Shown here: in pieces, positions 1-10,549 of the stretch
Position numbering within the stretch: the stretch's first letter is position 1
Layout: each line of letters begins with the position of its first letter
Notes under the pieces: model-generated
Databases searched by the model: none
What the model was told of the DNA's origin: nothing
What the model saw: only the letters and a program-made list of their open reading frames with translations
Program-made: the position numbers and the translations under genes
Assembly: GCF_001194135.2 (NCBI RefSeq)
Contig: NC_068983.1
Coordinates: 65,141,914 to 65,179,921, forward strand
Source: Octopus bimaculoides
Taxonomy: Eukaryota
Direction of reading: 5' to 3'
Length of the DNA: 38,008 bases

Positions 1-1102
1 TATATATATATATATATATGATCTAATGCTTCAGATTCATTATATAATTATAGGTTTATTGTTAATAAAGGTGTTATAATGCCTATTGAAACGTTTTTTT
101 TTTCTTATATATTGGTGATTTAGTTTATATTAAATTCTGTTCGACTAAACCAAACGAGCATTGCATCTGTGTCCTAGAGGGCTCAACGTACAGTGTTTTA
201 GCATATTTTCCTCTCATACGGTGTTTGCAATATTTGAGAGGAATGTTTCTTTACCTCCATTACCTATCTTTCGATGGGCATGCTAATCCTTGCAATTCTG
301 GCTCCTAATTATTGATATTATATGGAAAATTAACTTATCTTGCATACATAACAATTTTCGATGAAAGTAGAATAGAATTTAAGAACAGTTTTACTGCAAC
401 TAATTGCTACCTCAGGCGATTTGTGTTACTCCTAAGGGTTTAGTTGCATAGCATATGCAGAAATGGAGAGTGAGAAATGGAGCCGAAAGCGAATTGCTGT
501 CGATAATAATGGCATGTCGGTGAGGGTGAATACATCTTGTGTACATTTTCCCTTAACCCAATATATTTAATGTTATACAAAACTACCGACCAAAAATCTG
601 TGTATTTTGCTATATGTTTAGACTATACAGACCCTTTATGATTCTATAGATTTAGTCTGTAAAGAACTATTAGGCGCAAAACATGTAGTCACTCTCACCG
701 TACCATGTTACAAATAACAGATATTACAATAAACATAATTCAAATTATGTTGAAAAAATGTTAAATGTTTGAAATTCTATCCTCATTTCTTTGAGGATAT
801 CAAACAATTTCTGACAGCTTGATCCCCTGAAGAATTTCTAAGATATATGTTACATATTTTCTACTATATGTACACACTTGTAACTCCTAATTAGCAAACG
901 AAACATTTGTAATAGCGAATAAATATTACCAAAATATTAGTGCTAAATTTATTTTTTAAAGTCTGCAGTTTTGGTATATAATTACTCAACAGAGACTGAT
1001 TTCTAGTATTATGCAATACTCACACACATTTGATATCTATAAATAGACTTAAAATACTCGATTAAGCAAATGTACTTCAAGGGGTATTAACCCAATATAT
1101 AT

Positions 1103-1148
<46 letters not shown>

Positions 1149-1788
1149 NNNNNNNNNNNNNNNNNNNNNNNNNNNNNNNNNNNNNNNNNNNNNNNNNNNN
1201 NNNNNNNNNNNNNNNNNNNNNNNNNNNNNNNNNNNNNNNNNNNNNNNNNNNNNNNNNNNNNNNNNNNNNNNNNNNNNNNNNNNNNNNNNNNNNNNNNNNN
1301 NNNNNNNNNNNNNNNNNNNNNNNNNNNNNNNNNNNNNNNNNNNNNNNNNNNNNNNNNNNNNNNNNNNNNNNNNNNNNNNNNNNNNNNNNNNNNNNNNNNN
1401 NNNNNNNNNNNNNNNNNNNNNNNNNNNNNNNNNNNNNNNNNNNNNNNNNNNNNNNNNNNNNNNNNNNNNNNNNNNNNNNNNNNNNNNNNNNNNNNNNNNN
1501 NNNNNNNNNNNNNNNNNNNNNNNNNNNNNNNNNNNNNNNNNNNNNNNNNNNNNNNNNNNNNNNNNNNNNNNNNNNNNNNNNNNNNNNNNNNNNNNNNNNN
1601 NNNNNNNNNNNNNNNNNNNNNNNNNNNNNNNNNNNNAAAATCTTATGATATAAATATAAACTGTGAGAACGACCCTTAAGGAATCTAATTAATGATCTCC
1701 TAAGGTAAGTTCTTATGCTATATTGGTAACGGTTGCCACATCCTCTGGAAAAAAATTATTATATATATATATATATATATATAAATAT

Positions 1789-1816
1789 GGCGTAGGAGTG
1801 GCTGTGTGGTAAGTAG
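1789..1816 (+). repeat. Isolated duplicate of the SINE 5' head (28 bp)
   Basis: ggcgtaggagtggctgtgtggtaagtag is identical to 1858-1885. Confidence 0.85.
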
Positions 1817-1857
1817 CATTATTGACAATAAATCTATATAACACATATATATAAACA

Positions 1858-2245
1858 GGCGTAGGAGTGGCTGTGTGGTAAGTAGATTGCTTACGAACCA
1901 CATGGTTCCGGGTTCAGTCCCACTGCGTGGCACCTTGGGCAAGTGTCTTCTACTATAGTCTCGGGCCGACCAAAGCCTTGTGAGTGGATTTGGTTGACGA
2001 AAAAAGAAAGAAGCCCGTTGTATATATGTTTATATATGTGTGTCTGTGTTTGTCCCCAACATCGCTTGACAACTGATGCTCGCGTGTTTCCGTCCCCGTA
2101 ACTTAGCGGTTCGGCAAATCAGACCGATAGAATGAATAAGTGCTAGGTTTACAAAGAATAAGTCCTGGGGTCGAGTTGCTCGACTAAAGGTGGTGCTCCA
2201 GCATGGCCACAGTCAAACGACTGAAACAAATAACAGTAAAAGAGT
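1858..2245 (+). mobile_element. Near full-length tRNA-derived SINE (Octopus-type)
   Basis: A-box-like tggctgtgtggt and B-box-like gggttcagtccc, body gcaccttgggcaagtgtcttctactatag, internal (TA/TG)n, tail ggggtcgagttgctcgactaaagg...cagtcaaacgactgaaacaa. Homologous pieces lie at 18682, 19610, 25120, 27908 and 33261. Confidence 0.85.
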
Positions 2246-2419
2246 ATATATGCGTATTTGTGTGCGTATAATGAAACACCGAATCATGGTATTTATCGAA
2301 GTACCACTGAGCTTTGTTGCTAAGTAACGTGTGCATTATCTAATCATCATACACAAACGATTGCATATACACATACAGACACAGTGACTGCACTTTTTTG
2401 TACCAATGATATGTACACT

Positions 2420-2800
2420 ATCTCTTGGTGATGATCAGTATTTCTGTAGACATGCTACTATAGTAATATTGCTATTCTCTGGTGGAGTGTACAAGAATCT
2501 ATGGATGAATACACCATTTGATACATTATTTTTTATCGTACACTTGTGGTTCTTGAATATTTGGACATTTACTGTAACTGACAAACAAGCTTCTGCGGTG
2601 ATTACTGGTTGAAAAGATTTCTAAAACAACACTACGTTAAATTATAATCTCCAGTAATCTAATACAGATTCAGTAGAAGATTCATATGCAATGTTGAAGT
2701 GGATGAGGCTTGTCTGTTGTGACTCTTTAATCTCTATATCACTTGAGTGACCTGAAAGTAATATGTTAACGACGACGATATTGTTATTAAAAGAATATAT
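2420..2800 (-). pseudogene. Possible decayed ankyrin-repeat coding remnant
   Basis: Minus-strand translations NNNIVVVNILLSGHSSDIEIKESQQTSLIHFNIAYESSTESV and LYTPPENSNITIVACLQKY loosely follow the ankyrin pattern. Interrupted by stops. Confidence 0.25.
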
Positions 2801-3342
2801 AGAGGACAGTTAGAATAATGATAGCTGCAGCAATTTTATAGATCGACTATTAGTGGCATTTGTCTCAAGATACTTTTGATTACCACAGTCTAATCGATTG
2901 TTTTCACAGATAAAGAAATATCACTACATCATTCGAACACGAATTTTTAAACTTTTATTCTTTGTTAGAGATTTTGAAAATAATATTTTTTTTTCTTTCC
3001 TTCTTGTTCCAAAATACTATTAATGTTTCAATATTTATTGAAAAATAAACTCAGCATAAAAGATTATTTTTCATACAGATTATAAAAAGTTCACAAAAGG
3101 TTATTAAATAGAGAATGAGGAGTCCCCTTTCTTATTATTGAAACGTACGTGTAAATTGTATTTTATTCGTTTGACATTACTATATCCATGAAAAATATTA
3201 TGAAGCCGGTGTCTTCTATATGAATTCATACATTTTTATGTATACACTTGTCTGCACACAAACAGACACAGACACATGCAAACACTTTATTTTGTACATT
3301 GTTTATATTTGTCAGATATTTGTCATCATATTGTTTGTTGTT

Positions 3343-3388
3343 AACACAACGTTTCGGCTGATATACCCTCCAGCCTTCAACAGGTGTT
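3343..3388 (-). ncRNA. Minimal type I hammerhead ribozyme motif, core variant CUGUUGA
   Basis: Minus strand AACAC-CUGUUGA-A-GGCUG-gagggtatat-CAGCC-GAA-ACGU-U-GUGUU. Stem I 5 bp, stem II 5 bp, palindromic stem III ACGU. Confidence 0.75.
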
Positions 3389-3435
3389 TTGGGGTAATTT
3401 CGAACCTGGGTTCTCAATCCTAAAGTATTTTTCGA

Positions 3436-3436
<1 letters not shown>

Positions 3437-3489
<53 letters not shown>
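3437..3489. repeat. (TTA)n microsatellite inside PLE tail
   Basis: Direct reading; mirrored by (ATA)n at 4861-4922. Confidence 0.95.
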
Positions 3490-3490
3490 G

Positions 3491-3548
3491 GTCACTGCCT
3501 GGAATCGAACTCGGAATCTTGGGATTAGTAACCACAAGGCCATATGCC
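3491..3548 (-). promoter_or_regulatory. tRNA-like segment with B box (partly deleted)
   Basis: Minus strand ...cccaagattccGAGTTCGATTCCaggcagtgac. The A-box region is partly lost relative to the copy at 4790-4853. Confidence 0.55.
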
Positions 3549-4231
3549 CATGGGCAATTATGGAGTGAATTTTAGGGCTTATAAATCTAATATTCTACTA
3601 TCCTTCGTTAATACTGGTTCCCATATGCTATTCATATATGCACTAGGTCTGCTTAGGAGGTTCTTGTGTCCTAGCATATTTGCTGCTTTTTAAGTTTTCG
3701 TAATTTCCAGTGGTGTTCTCTGTCTATTATTTTAACTTCATCCTACAGGAGAGATGGTCTCCATATTTCCATACATGATCAGTTATACGCGATTTATCAA
3801 TATCTCCTCGTGTCAGAGCTTTGCGAAGTTCGTCTACCCTTATTTTCAAGGGGCGGCATGTTTCACCTTTGTATAATCGACCACAGCTGCATGGGATGGA
3901 GTGCACGCAGTTTTTGGTCATATTCTCTTCTATCGGTGATTTTACCCGAAGGGGATATTTAAGAATTGTATTACTCTTCAATACTGTCCTGATGTCATAT
4001 GGGCCACATATCTTTTGTATCTCTTCGGAGACGCCTTTCACATAGAATAGACAGACTGTAGACAGTTTATTTGTTTCATCTACTCTTTTCTTCATAATTG
4101 GAGTAGATAGTATGGTTTTTGGTGTAGTTGTTGCTGAATAGATTGCAACTCAGTTTGATCATTTCTTCTTGGTGTGTAATACGATTGCTATATCTTTGCT
4201 CGATGTTTTAGGCACTAAGCGTTTCCTGTCT

Positions 4232-4861
4232 TTACACTGTAAAGAAACGATGAAGCTCAGTAACAATCTATTAAGCAACAACTACACCAATAAACTGCCT
4301 ACAGTCTGTCTACCCTATGTGAAAGGCCTCTACGAAATGATGCAAAAGAAATGCGGTTCATATGACATCAGGACAGTATTATAGAGCAATACAACACTTC
4401 GTAAATATCTTCTTCGTGTAAAACTACCAATAGAAGAAAATATGACCAAAAATTGCATGTACTTCATCCCATGCAGCTGTGGTAGGTTATACAAAGGCGA
4501 AACATGTCGCCTCTCAAAACAAGGGTGGAGAAACATCGCAAAGTTGAGATACGGGGAGATATTGATAAATCGGGTATAGCTGATCATATATGGAAGAATG
4601 AAGACCATCCGTCCTTGTGGGAAGAAGTTAAGATAATAGACAGGTAACACTACTGGAAAATACGAAAACTAAAAGATGCAGCACATATGCTAGGACAGAA
4701 CAACCTCCTAAACAGTCCGAGTGCAGATATGAATAGCATATGGGAACCGGTATCAAGGAAGGATGGGAAAATATTAGATTTATAAGCCCTGGCATAGTGG
4801 TTAAGAGCGTGGACTACTAACCCCAAGATTCGGTGTTCCATTCTAGGCAGTGAGCTTAGTG

Positions 4862-4921
<60 letters not shown>

Positions 4922-4922
4922 G
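4232..4922 (+). mobile_element. 5'-truncated Penelope-like element; right arm of palindrome
   Basis: KLPTVCLPYVKG...DIRTVL*SNTTLRKYLLRVKLPIEENMTKNCMYFIPCSCGRLYKGETCR, with a stop and a frameshift. Inverted homolog of 3450-4180; ends in a tRNA-like box and (ATA)n. Confidence 0.85.
4790..4853 (+). promoter_or_regulatory. tRNA-like segment (A box intact, B box degenerate)
   Basis: TGGCATAGTGGttaagagcgtggactactaaccccaagattcggtgttccattctaggcagtga. Confidence 0.55.
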
Positions 4923-5286
4923 CAACATAAGTGTAAGCATTTACACATCTATATCACTTAACGGTTATATTTAATACAGTTTTCGCTGTACTGTATGTTT
5001 GTTTCTTTTCTCATCTGTTATTTACTATTGGTCTTTTATAAAAATGAAGCTGCTTCCCTTAAACTGCTGCTTTTCTATACAGAAAAGAAGAAGATATCTT
5101 ACGAAACAGTGGTTATTTTAAAGAGATGCCTCTTGTAACCCCCTGACGAGGCACATCTACACTAACGGATAAGCCTAAACGAGTTGTTAAGTATATCACC
5201 CGTAGGGGTTCGATGATATATTGGTCGAAATAATCTTAGTGATAACTAAACATACTTGAATCAGCTATCTTCCATCTCCCTAATTA

Positions 5287-5326
<40 letters not shown>

Positions 5327-6309
5327 NNNNNNNNNNNNNNNNNNNNNNNNNNNNNNNNNNNNNNNNNNNNNNNNNNNNNNNNNNNNNNNNNNNNNNNNNN
5401 NNNNNNNNNNNNNNNNNNNNNNNNNNNNNNNNNNNNNNNNNNNNNNNNNNNNNNNNNNNNNNNNNNNNNNNNNNNNNNNNNNNNNNNNNNNNNNNNNNNN
5501 NNNNNNNNNNNNNNNNNNNNNNNNNNNNNNNNNNNNNNNNNNNNNNNNNNNNNNNNNNNNNNNNNNNNNNNNNNNNNNNNNNNNNNNNNNNNNNNNNNNN
5601 NNNNNNNNNNNNNNNNNNNNNNNNNNNNNNNNNNNNNNNNNNNNNNNNNNNNNNNNNNNNNNNNNNNNNNNNNNNNNNNNNNNNNNNNNNNNNNNNNNNN
5701 NNNNNNNNNNNNNNNNNNNNNNNNNNNNNNNNNNNNNNNNNNNNNNNNNNNNNNNNNNNNNNNNNNNNNNNNNNNNNNNNNNNNNNNNNNNNNNNNNNNN
5801 NNNNNNNNNNNNNNNNNNNNNNNNNNNNNNNNNNNNNNNNNNNNNNNNNNNNNNNNNNNNNNNNNNNNNNNNNNNNNNNNNNNNNNNNNNNNNNNNNNNN
5901 NNNNNNNNNNNNNNNNNNNNNNNNNNNNNNNNNNNNNNNNNNNNNNNNNNNNNNNNNNNNNNNNNNNNNNNNNNNNNNNNNNNNNNNNNNNNNNNNNNNN
6001 NNNNNNNNNNNNNNNNNNNNNNNNNNNNNNNNNNNNNNNNNNNNNNNNNNNNNNNNNNNNNNNNNNNNNNNNNNNNNNNNNNNNNNNNNNNNNNNNNNNN
6101 NNNNNNNNNNNNNNNNNNNNNNNNNNNNNNNNNNNNNNNNNNNNNNNNNNNNNNNNNNNNNNNNNNNNNNNNNNNNNNNNNNNNNNNNNNNNNNNNNNNN
6201 NNNNNNNNNNNNNNNNNNNNNNNNNNNNNNNNNNNNNNNNNNNNNNNNNNNNNNNNNNNNNNNNNNNNNNNNNNNNNNNNNNNNNNNNNNNNNNNNNNNN
6301 NNNNNNNNN

Positions 6310-7016
6310 ATGCGTTGCCTGTTCTTGATCAGGGACAGAGTTAATTGATCTGTATGAACATTCAGGTCCTGGAAGCTGAGTTAGAGGATGCAACAGCCAG
6401 AGCAATCTTCTTCTTCTGTCTCACCTTGGCAAGGAGCAGGTTGATCAATAATGTCTTTCCTGTGCTTTCAGGAGCATCTAAGAAGAAAACCCCACCAGTG
6501 TTATTGTCCAGAGATGTAAGAACTTGCCAGTATACCTCCTTTTGATCCTGTACCAGAATTGGTTCCTTTTCATTGACAACTGCTTGCAAACTTTCCATGT
6601 TGTATGATGTTTCCCTGATTAGCTCTTGTGCTAATCTGTGTTGAACATATGTGATAGGAGGAGCTGGAAGACCATAGATTTCAAGTTTGTTTCCACCCAG
6701 TGATTGAACCTTGTCGTCTATTAATCTTAATGTCTCATTGAAGATGCCATCATTGAATGTGACATCACCATCACACTGATATTGAATTCTTTGAAGAATG
6801 TCTTCAGAAAGCCCCTCCTTTTATTTGTCCCAAAGTTTATTTGGATTTGACAATCCACAGTTCACCAGCATGGTGGAGAAGAGGTCTCTCAGCTGCATAG
6901 GAGACTTGCACATTTGTGTCTCTGTCAGAGTGGCATCCCAGTGTGAATCATCTTCCAGAAGACCTCTGAGATGGCAAGCCTGGCGATATGTTTGACATAC
7001 TGTGTTATCAACCGTT
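6310..7016 (-). mobile_element. Helitron Rep/Helicase remnant (PIF1-like helicase N-terminal part)
   Basis: One frame from ~7015 reads TVDNTVCQTYRQACHLRGLLEDDSHWDATL...QLRDLFSTML...KLWDK*KEGLSEDIL...DQKEVYWQVL...GGVFFLDAPESTGKTLLINLLLAKVRQKKKIALAVASS. This matches Helitron FFLDAPGGTGKT...IALAVASSG, with one stop and a damaged Walker A. Confidence 0.9.
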
Positions 7017-7026
7017 NNNNNNNNNN

Positions 7027-7490
7027 TACTTACGTTTGTAAATGTGAACTTGTTAGCGATTGGAAACGTAAACTTTTATTTTCGAACAGTAACGATTGAA
7101 GTTAAAGTGAGGTTGAAGCGAAATTTGTGACTCAGTGAACCAAAGAGCCAGTATCAAAGGTACCAGAAAAAAAACCCTCAGCAACAGTGAAACACAAAAC
7201 CGTACTTCTGTTAGTAAATGATGAAATTACTTACATCAGTAAATGTGAACTTGTTAGCGATTGAAAACGTAAACTTTTATTGAGAACAGTAACGATTGAA
7301 GTTAAAGTGAGTTTGAAGCGAAATTTCTCACTCAGTGAACCAAAGAGCCAGTATCGAAGGTACCAGAAAAAAAACCTCAGCAACAGGGAAACACGAAACC
7401 GTACTTCTGTTAGTAAATGATGAAATTACTTACATCAGTAAATGTGATTAAACTTTTAGTGCGAACAGTAACGATTGAAGTTAAAGTGAA
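7027..7490. repeat. ~200 bp tandem repeat, about 2.3 copies
   Basis: Units start at 7027, 7228 and 7427 (tacttac...gtaaatgtga...gaacagtaacgattgaagttaaagtga). Confidence 0.95.
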
Positions 7491-7712
7491 GAAAAAACTA
7501 TGGCTACCGGAAGTTGACATTGAGGAACCTTTTTAAAGAAGTGAATCTTAAATATAAAGCAATATTATTTATCTTAAAAAAAATCAAATGAAGAGCCTAA
7601 GATTTATCCGAGGTCAAATTATTCATGCATCACAAGTATGGCAGTAAATGTTGAAGCCGTGTTCACGTGATAAGCGATTACACACACATCTCTGTTTTAT
7701 ATATAGTATAGA
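7027..7712 (-). mobile_element. Helitron 5' terminal region
   Basis: Minus strand begins A|TCTATACTATATATAAAACAGAG at 7712 (TC terminus after a host A) and is oriented like the helicase remnant. Separated from it only by a 10-N gap. Confidence 0.6.
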
Positions 7713-8297
7713 TTAAAGATAAACATACACACACTGTACATACTTGTAATATAATTTTTAATATATCGACCGGTTTCGCTTTCGTTATTCATGATATTAA
7801 GATTTACTTATTTGAATATGTATTTTCATTAGAATTTTTTGTACATGTTGTGTGTGATGACATTTACGAGTGAATGACTTCACAAGTAGAAAAATAAGCG
7901 GGGGTAATTGGTTATCGTTATTATTGTTATTGTTGTGGGCAAGGGATATAACAGTCAGCTTTCGTTAAGGGGAGGGGAATATATATGTACACACACAAAA
8001 AAGTTTCGAACAACTTGTTACTGGGGGGATTTAGGTACATTGATGTAATCGTGAATTGAAATTTGTAAAAGGATAAAAGTTGGTTATGCGTGCATATGAA
8101 GACGTGTTCTGTATTTTTCTATAAAAAAGTTTATTTAGACGTTCTTGTGGAGAAATTGAGCCTTTGCTCTGGTAGAAGAGGAAGACTGTGAAATTTGGTT
8201 TGATGTTATCTGCACATTTTTACATATGTTCAATGAGAGGAATTTGCCTGTATTGCGGGAAATGGATTTTCTCTTTATTTAGAGTGGTTCTCCGTCT

Positions 8298-8776
8298 GTC
8301 CAATATAGTTGTGTTAATTTTAAAAATATAACCGCACACAACACGCAAAAACCACAAAATGAAACCAGCTGTTCGTGCAGGGTTAAACATTTGTGCCCGT
8401 TAAATGGAGCTTGCATGTCGGAGACCATCATTTATGAAGCCACTGTAGAGTTTACAACCACAGAGTTTCGTCAAATAAATATGTCGACCTTACAGAGGGG
8501 AATTTTAAGGCCAGGTTCAACAATCACACCTTGAGCTTCAGACAATGGGATAAAAGAAAAATGCCCAATTATCTATTGATATATGTTCCCTAAAAGATAA
8601 AGGTGTCAGTTACAACACGTAAACCTTACACCAACAACAGTGGAAAGTGCGGTCTTTGTGATATGGAAAGATGGCGCATCTGGAAAAGCAGTTTAGACCC
8701 CGCTACATGTCTAAATTCAAGAACTGAACTTTTGGGATCATGTCCACCTATGACTAAATGTTTGTTACGTTTTTGA
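8298..8776 (+). mobile_element. Penelope-like element GIY-YIG remnant, CxC..CP..G.C type (Naiad-like by recollection)
   Basis: VQYSCVNFKNITAHN...SCSCRVKHLCPLNGACMSETIIYEATVE...KYVDLTEGNFKARFNNHTLSFR, then after frameshifts SGKCGLCDMER...CLNSRTELLGSCP. Not in the ORF track. Confidence 0.8.
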
Positions 8777-9049
8777 CTCCCACCCCCACCGATCACAGAT
8801 AGAACCTGCTTTTTATATTGTGTCCACGTACAAGCATTTTATCTCTCTATACTTTTTATACATATTTATATATTTTTACACATTTGTTTCTGTATTTTAC
8901 CTTTCAACCAGCATTTTTCTTGTGCATGCGCGTATATAGACGTGTATATGAACTTTTTGTGCGTGTGTTTGTGCTTGTGTACGGTATGTGAATATGTACA
9001 CGTATATTTACATGTGTATGGTTGCATGACCATTGACTGAACACTATTC

Positions 9050-9214
9050 AATTTTTTTTCTCCGTGTTTTTCTCCTTGTCTCCGTATTCTTTCTGTTGAA
9101 GAGCGTAGCTCGAAAAGTCAAAGACTTTCCGTATTCCCGAGCGTCATACTAATATATACTTTTTACACCACCTGTCCTCGTCTGTTGTTATTATTTGTAT
9201 ATTCTCCCATATAT
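9050..9214 (+). mobile_element. Solo PLE terminal repeat, same family as the tail at 27780-27900
   Basis: ttctgttgaagagcgtagctcgaaaagtcaaagac...cccgagcgtcatactaata aligns with ttctgtggaagagcgtaggttggaagcgataaagac...cctgagcgttatactaata. Confidence 0.7.
9088..9124 (+). ncRNA. Minimal type I hammerhead motif, core CUGUUGA, stem III damaged
   Basis: UCUUU-CUGUUGA-A-GAGC-GUA-GCUC-GAA-AAGU-C-AAAGA. Stems I and II pair perfectly; AAGU replaces the expected ACGU. Confidence 0.7.
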
Positions 9215-9867
9215 NNNNNNNNNNNNNNNNNNNNNNNNNNNNNNNNNNNNNNNNNNNNNNNNNNNNNNNNNNNNNNNNNNNNNNNNNNNNNNNNNNNNNN
9301 NNNNNNNNNNNNNNNNNNNNNNNNNNNNNNNNNNNNNNNNNNNNNNNNNTATATATATATATATATTTATATATATGGGTGTACATGCAAGTGTTTCAAG
9401 CAAGTGTGAGTGAGCATGTGCATATATAGCATGTACGTATTTTAGACGTATATTTGAATATAATAGTGCGCGTATGGGTATGTACACGTGTATGCTGATA
9501 TACATATGTGTACATTGAGTGTGTGTGCATGTGTGTGGGTATGTATATATGTACATGTACATGTGTATGGTTCCATAGATATGTGGGTGTACATGCATGT
9601 TTCACGCGTGAGTGGACATACAGCATGTGCGTATTTCTAGAGGTGTATTTGAATATAACTGTGTGCGTATGGGTATGTGCACGTGTGTGTGGGGGTGTGC
9701 GCGCGCATGTGTAGATATGTATACGTCGTTTTCATAGCATATTTTGATTGCCTCGGTACCGGACAAGATGCCGGATCAGGTTTCAACCCCGACATCCGAA
9801 ACTCGGAGTCTTATGATAGCAACCGAATAAGTGTCACATATTATAGTGTATATATATATATATATAA

Positions 9868-9898
<31 letters not shown>

Positions 9899-10549
9899 NN
9901 NNNNNNNNNNNNNNNNNNNNNNNNNNNNNNNNNNNNNNNNNNNNNNNNNNNNNATAGTATACTGCCGGGATTTCGCAGTCTTATTTTATTCACTCAATTT
10001 CACATATTTACTCTTTTATTGCCTTCACAGTATTCTTCAGTTGTACCAAAGTCTTTTAATATATATATATATGTTCACATGTGTGTATATATGGTATGTA
10101 CCTATGTACGTACGTACATATCTGTGTATGTATGTATATAAGTACGTATGTATGTATGTATGCATGTATGCATGTATGTATGTATGTCTGTTTGCACGTA
10201 TATTACGTAAGTATTTTCAGAGTTTTTGTAAAGGTGCGGCCCAAGTCTCCAACAGATTTTATGTTCATTTCCTTTTCTGTTGACAACACGACAGCAACGA
10301 TATATCGTTTCGTTATTCGTGGTGCTGTGAAAATTACTTCTCACACTCTAATGTGTACATCATCGATTAACCTCTTCTTTCCTCTTATGTTCAATGTAAT
10401 CCCCACTGTAGTTTTTTTTTTTTATATTTATCAATTTCTCATTTGTTTTGTTTCGTTCGAAAATAAGCCGAATTGACAGACTACACCTGTTACATTATAT
10501 GTTTTGACATCCTCTTGGAATACTGGAAAGCTTTCGTCTCCCCAAAACT

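Larger units (their letters stand above)
3300..4180 (-). mobile_element. 5'-truncated Penelope-like element (Penelope/Poseidon-type GIY-YIG C-terminus plus tail); left arm of palindrome
   Basis: ORF 3727-4095 contains NCVHSIPCSCGRLYKGETCRPLKIRVDELRK...DHVW (GIY-YIG of PLEs), followed by a tRNA-like box, (AAT)n and a hammerhead motif. Confidence 0.85.

Noticed and set aside
4790-4853. Functional tRNA gene
   Set aside because: Acceptor stem and B box are degenerate, and the segment is embedded in a retroelement tail.
5256-6405. Long ORFs spanning N gaps (also near 9.2, 13.8, 25.3, 28.1 and 30.3 kb)
   Set aside because: Open only because N runs and (TA)n tracts contain no stops.
7027-7490. CRISPR-like array
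   Set aside because: Units are ~200 bp contiguous repeats without unique spacers; eukaryotic context and no cas genes.
8370-8420. Selenocysteine codon in the Naiad-like Cys motif
   Set aside because: The Cys positions are TGT/TGC; no in-frame TGA occurs at these sites.
9396-10476. YI/CV/HT-rich ORFs (also 15.7-16.0, 24.9, 29.5 and 33.1 kb)
   Set aside because: Translations of dinucleotide, trinucleotide and tetranucleotide microsatellites.
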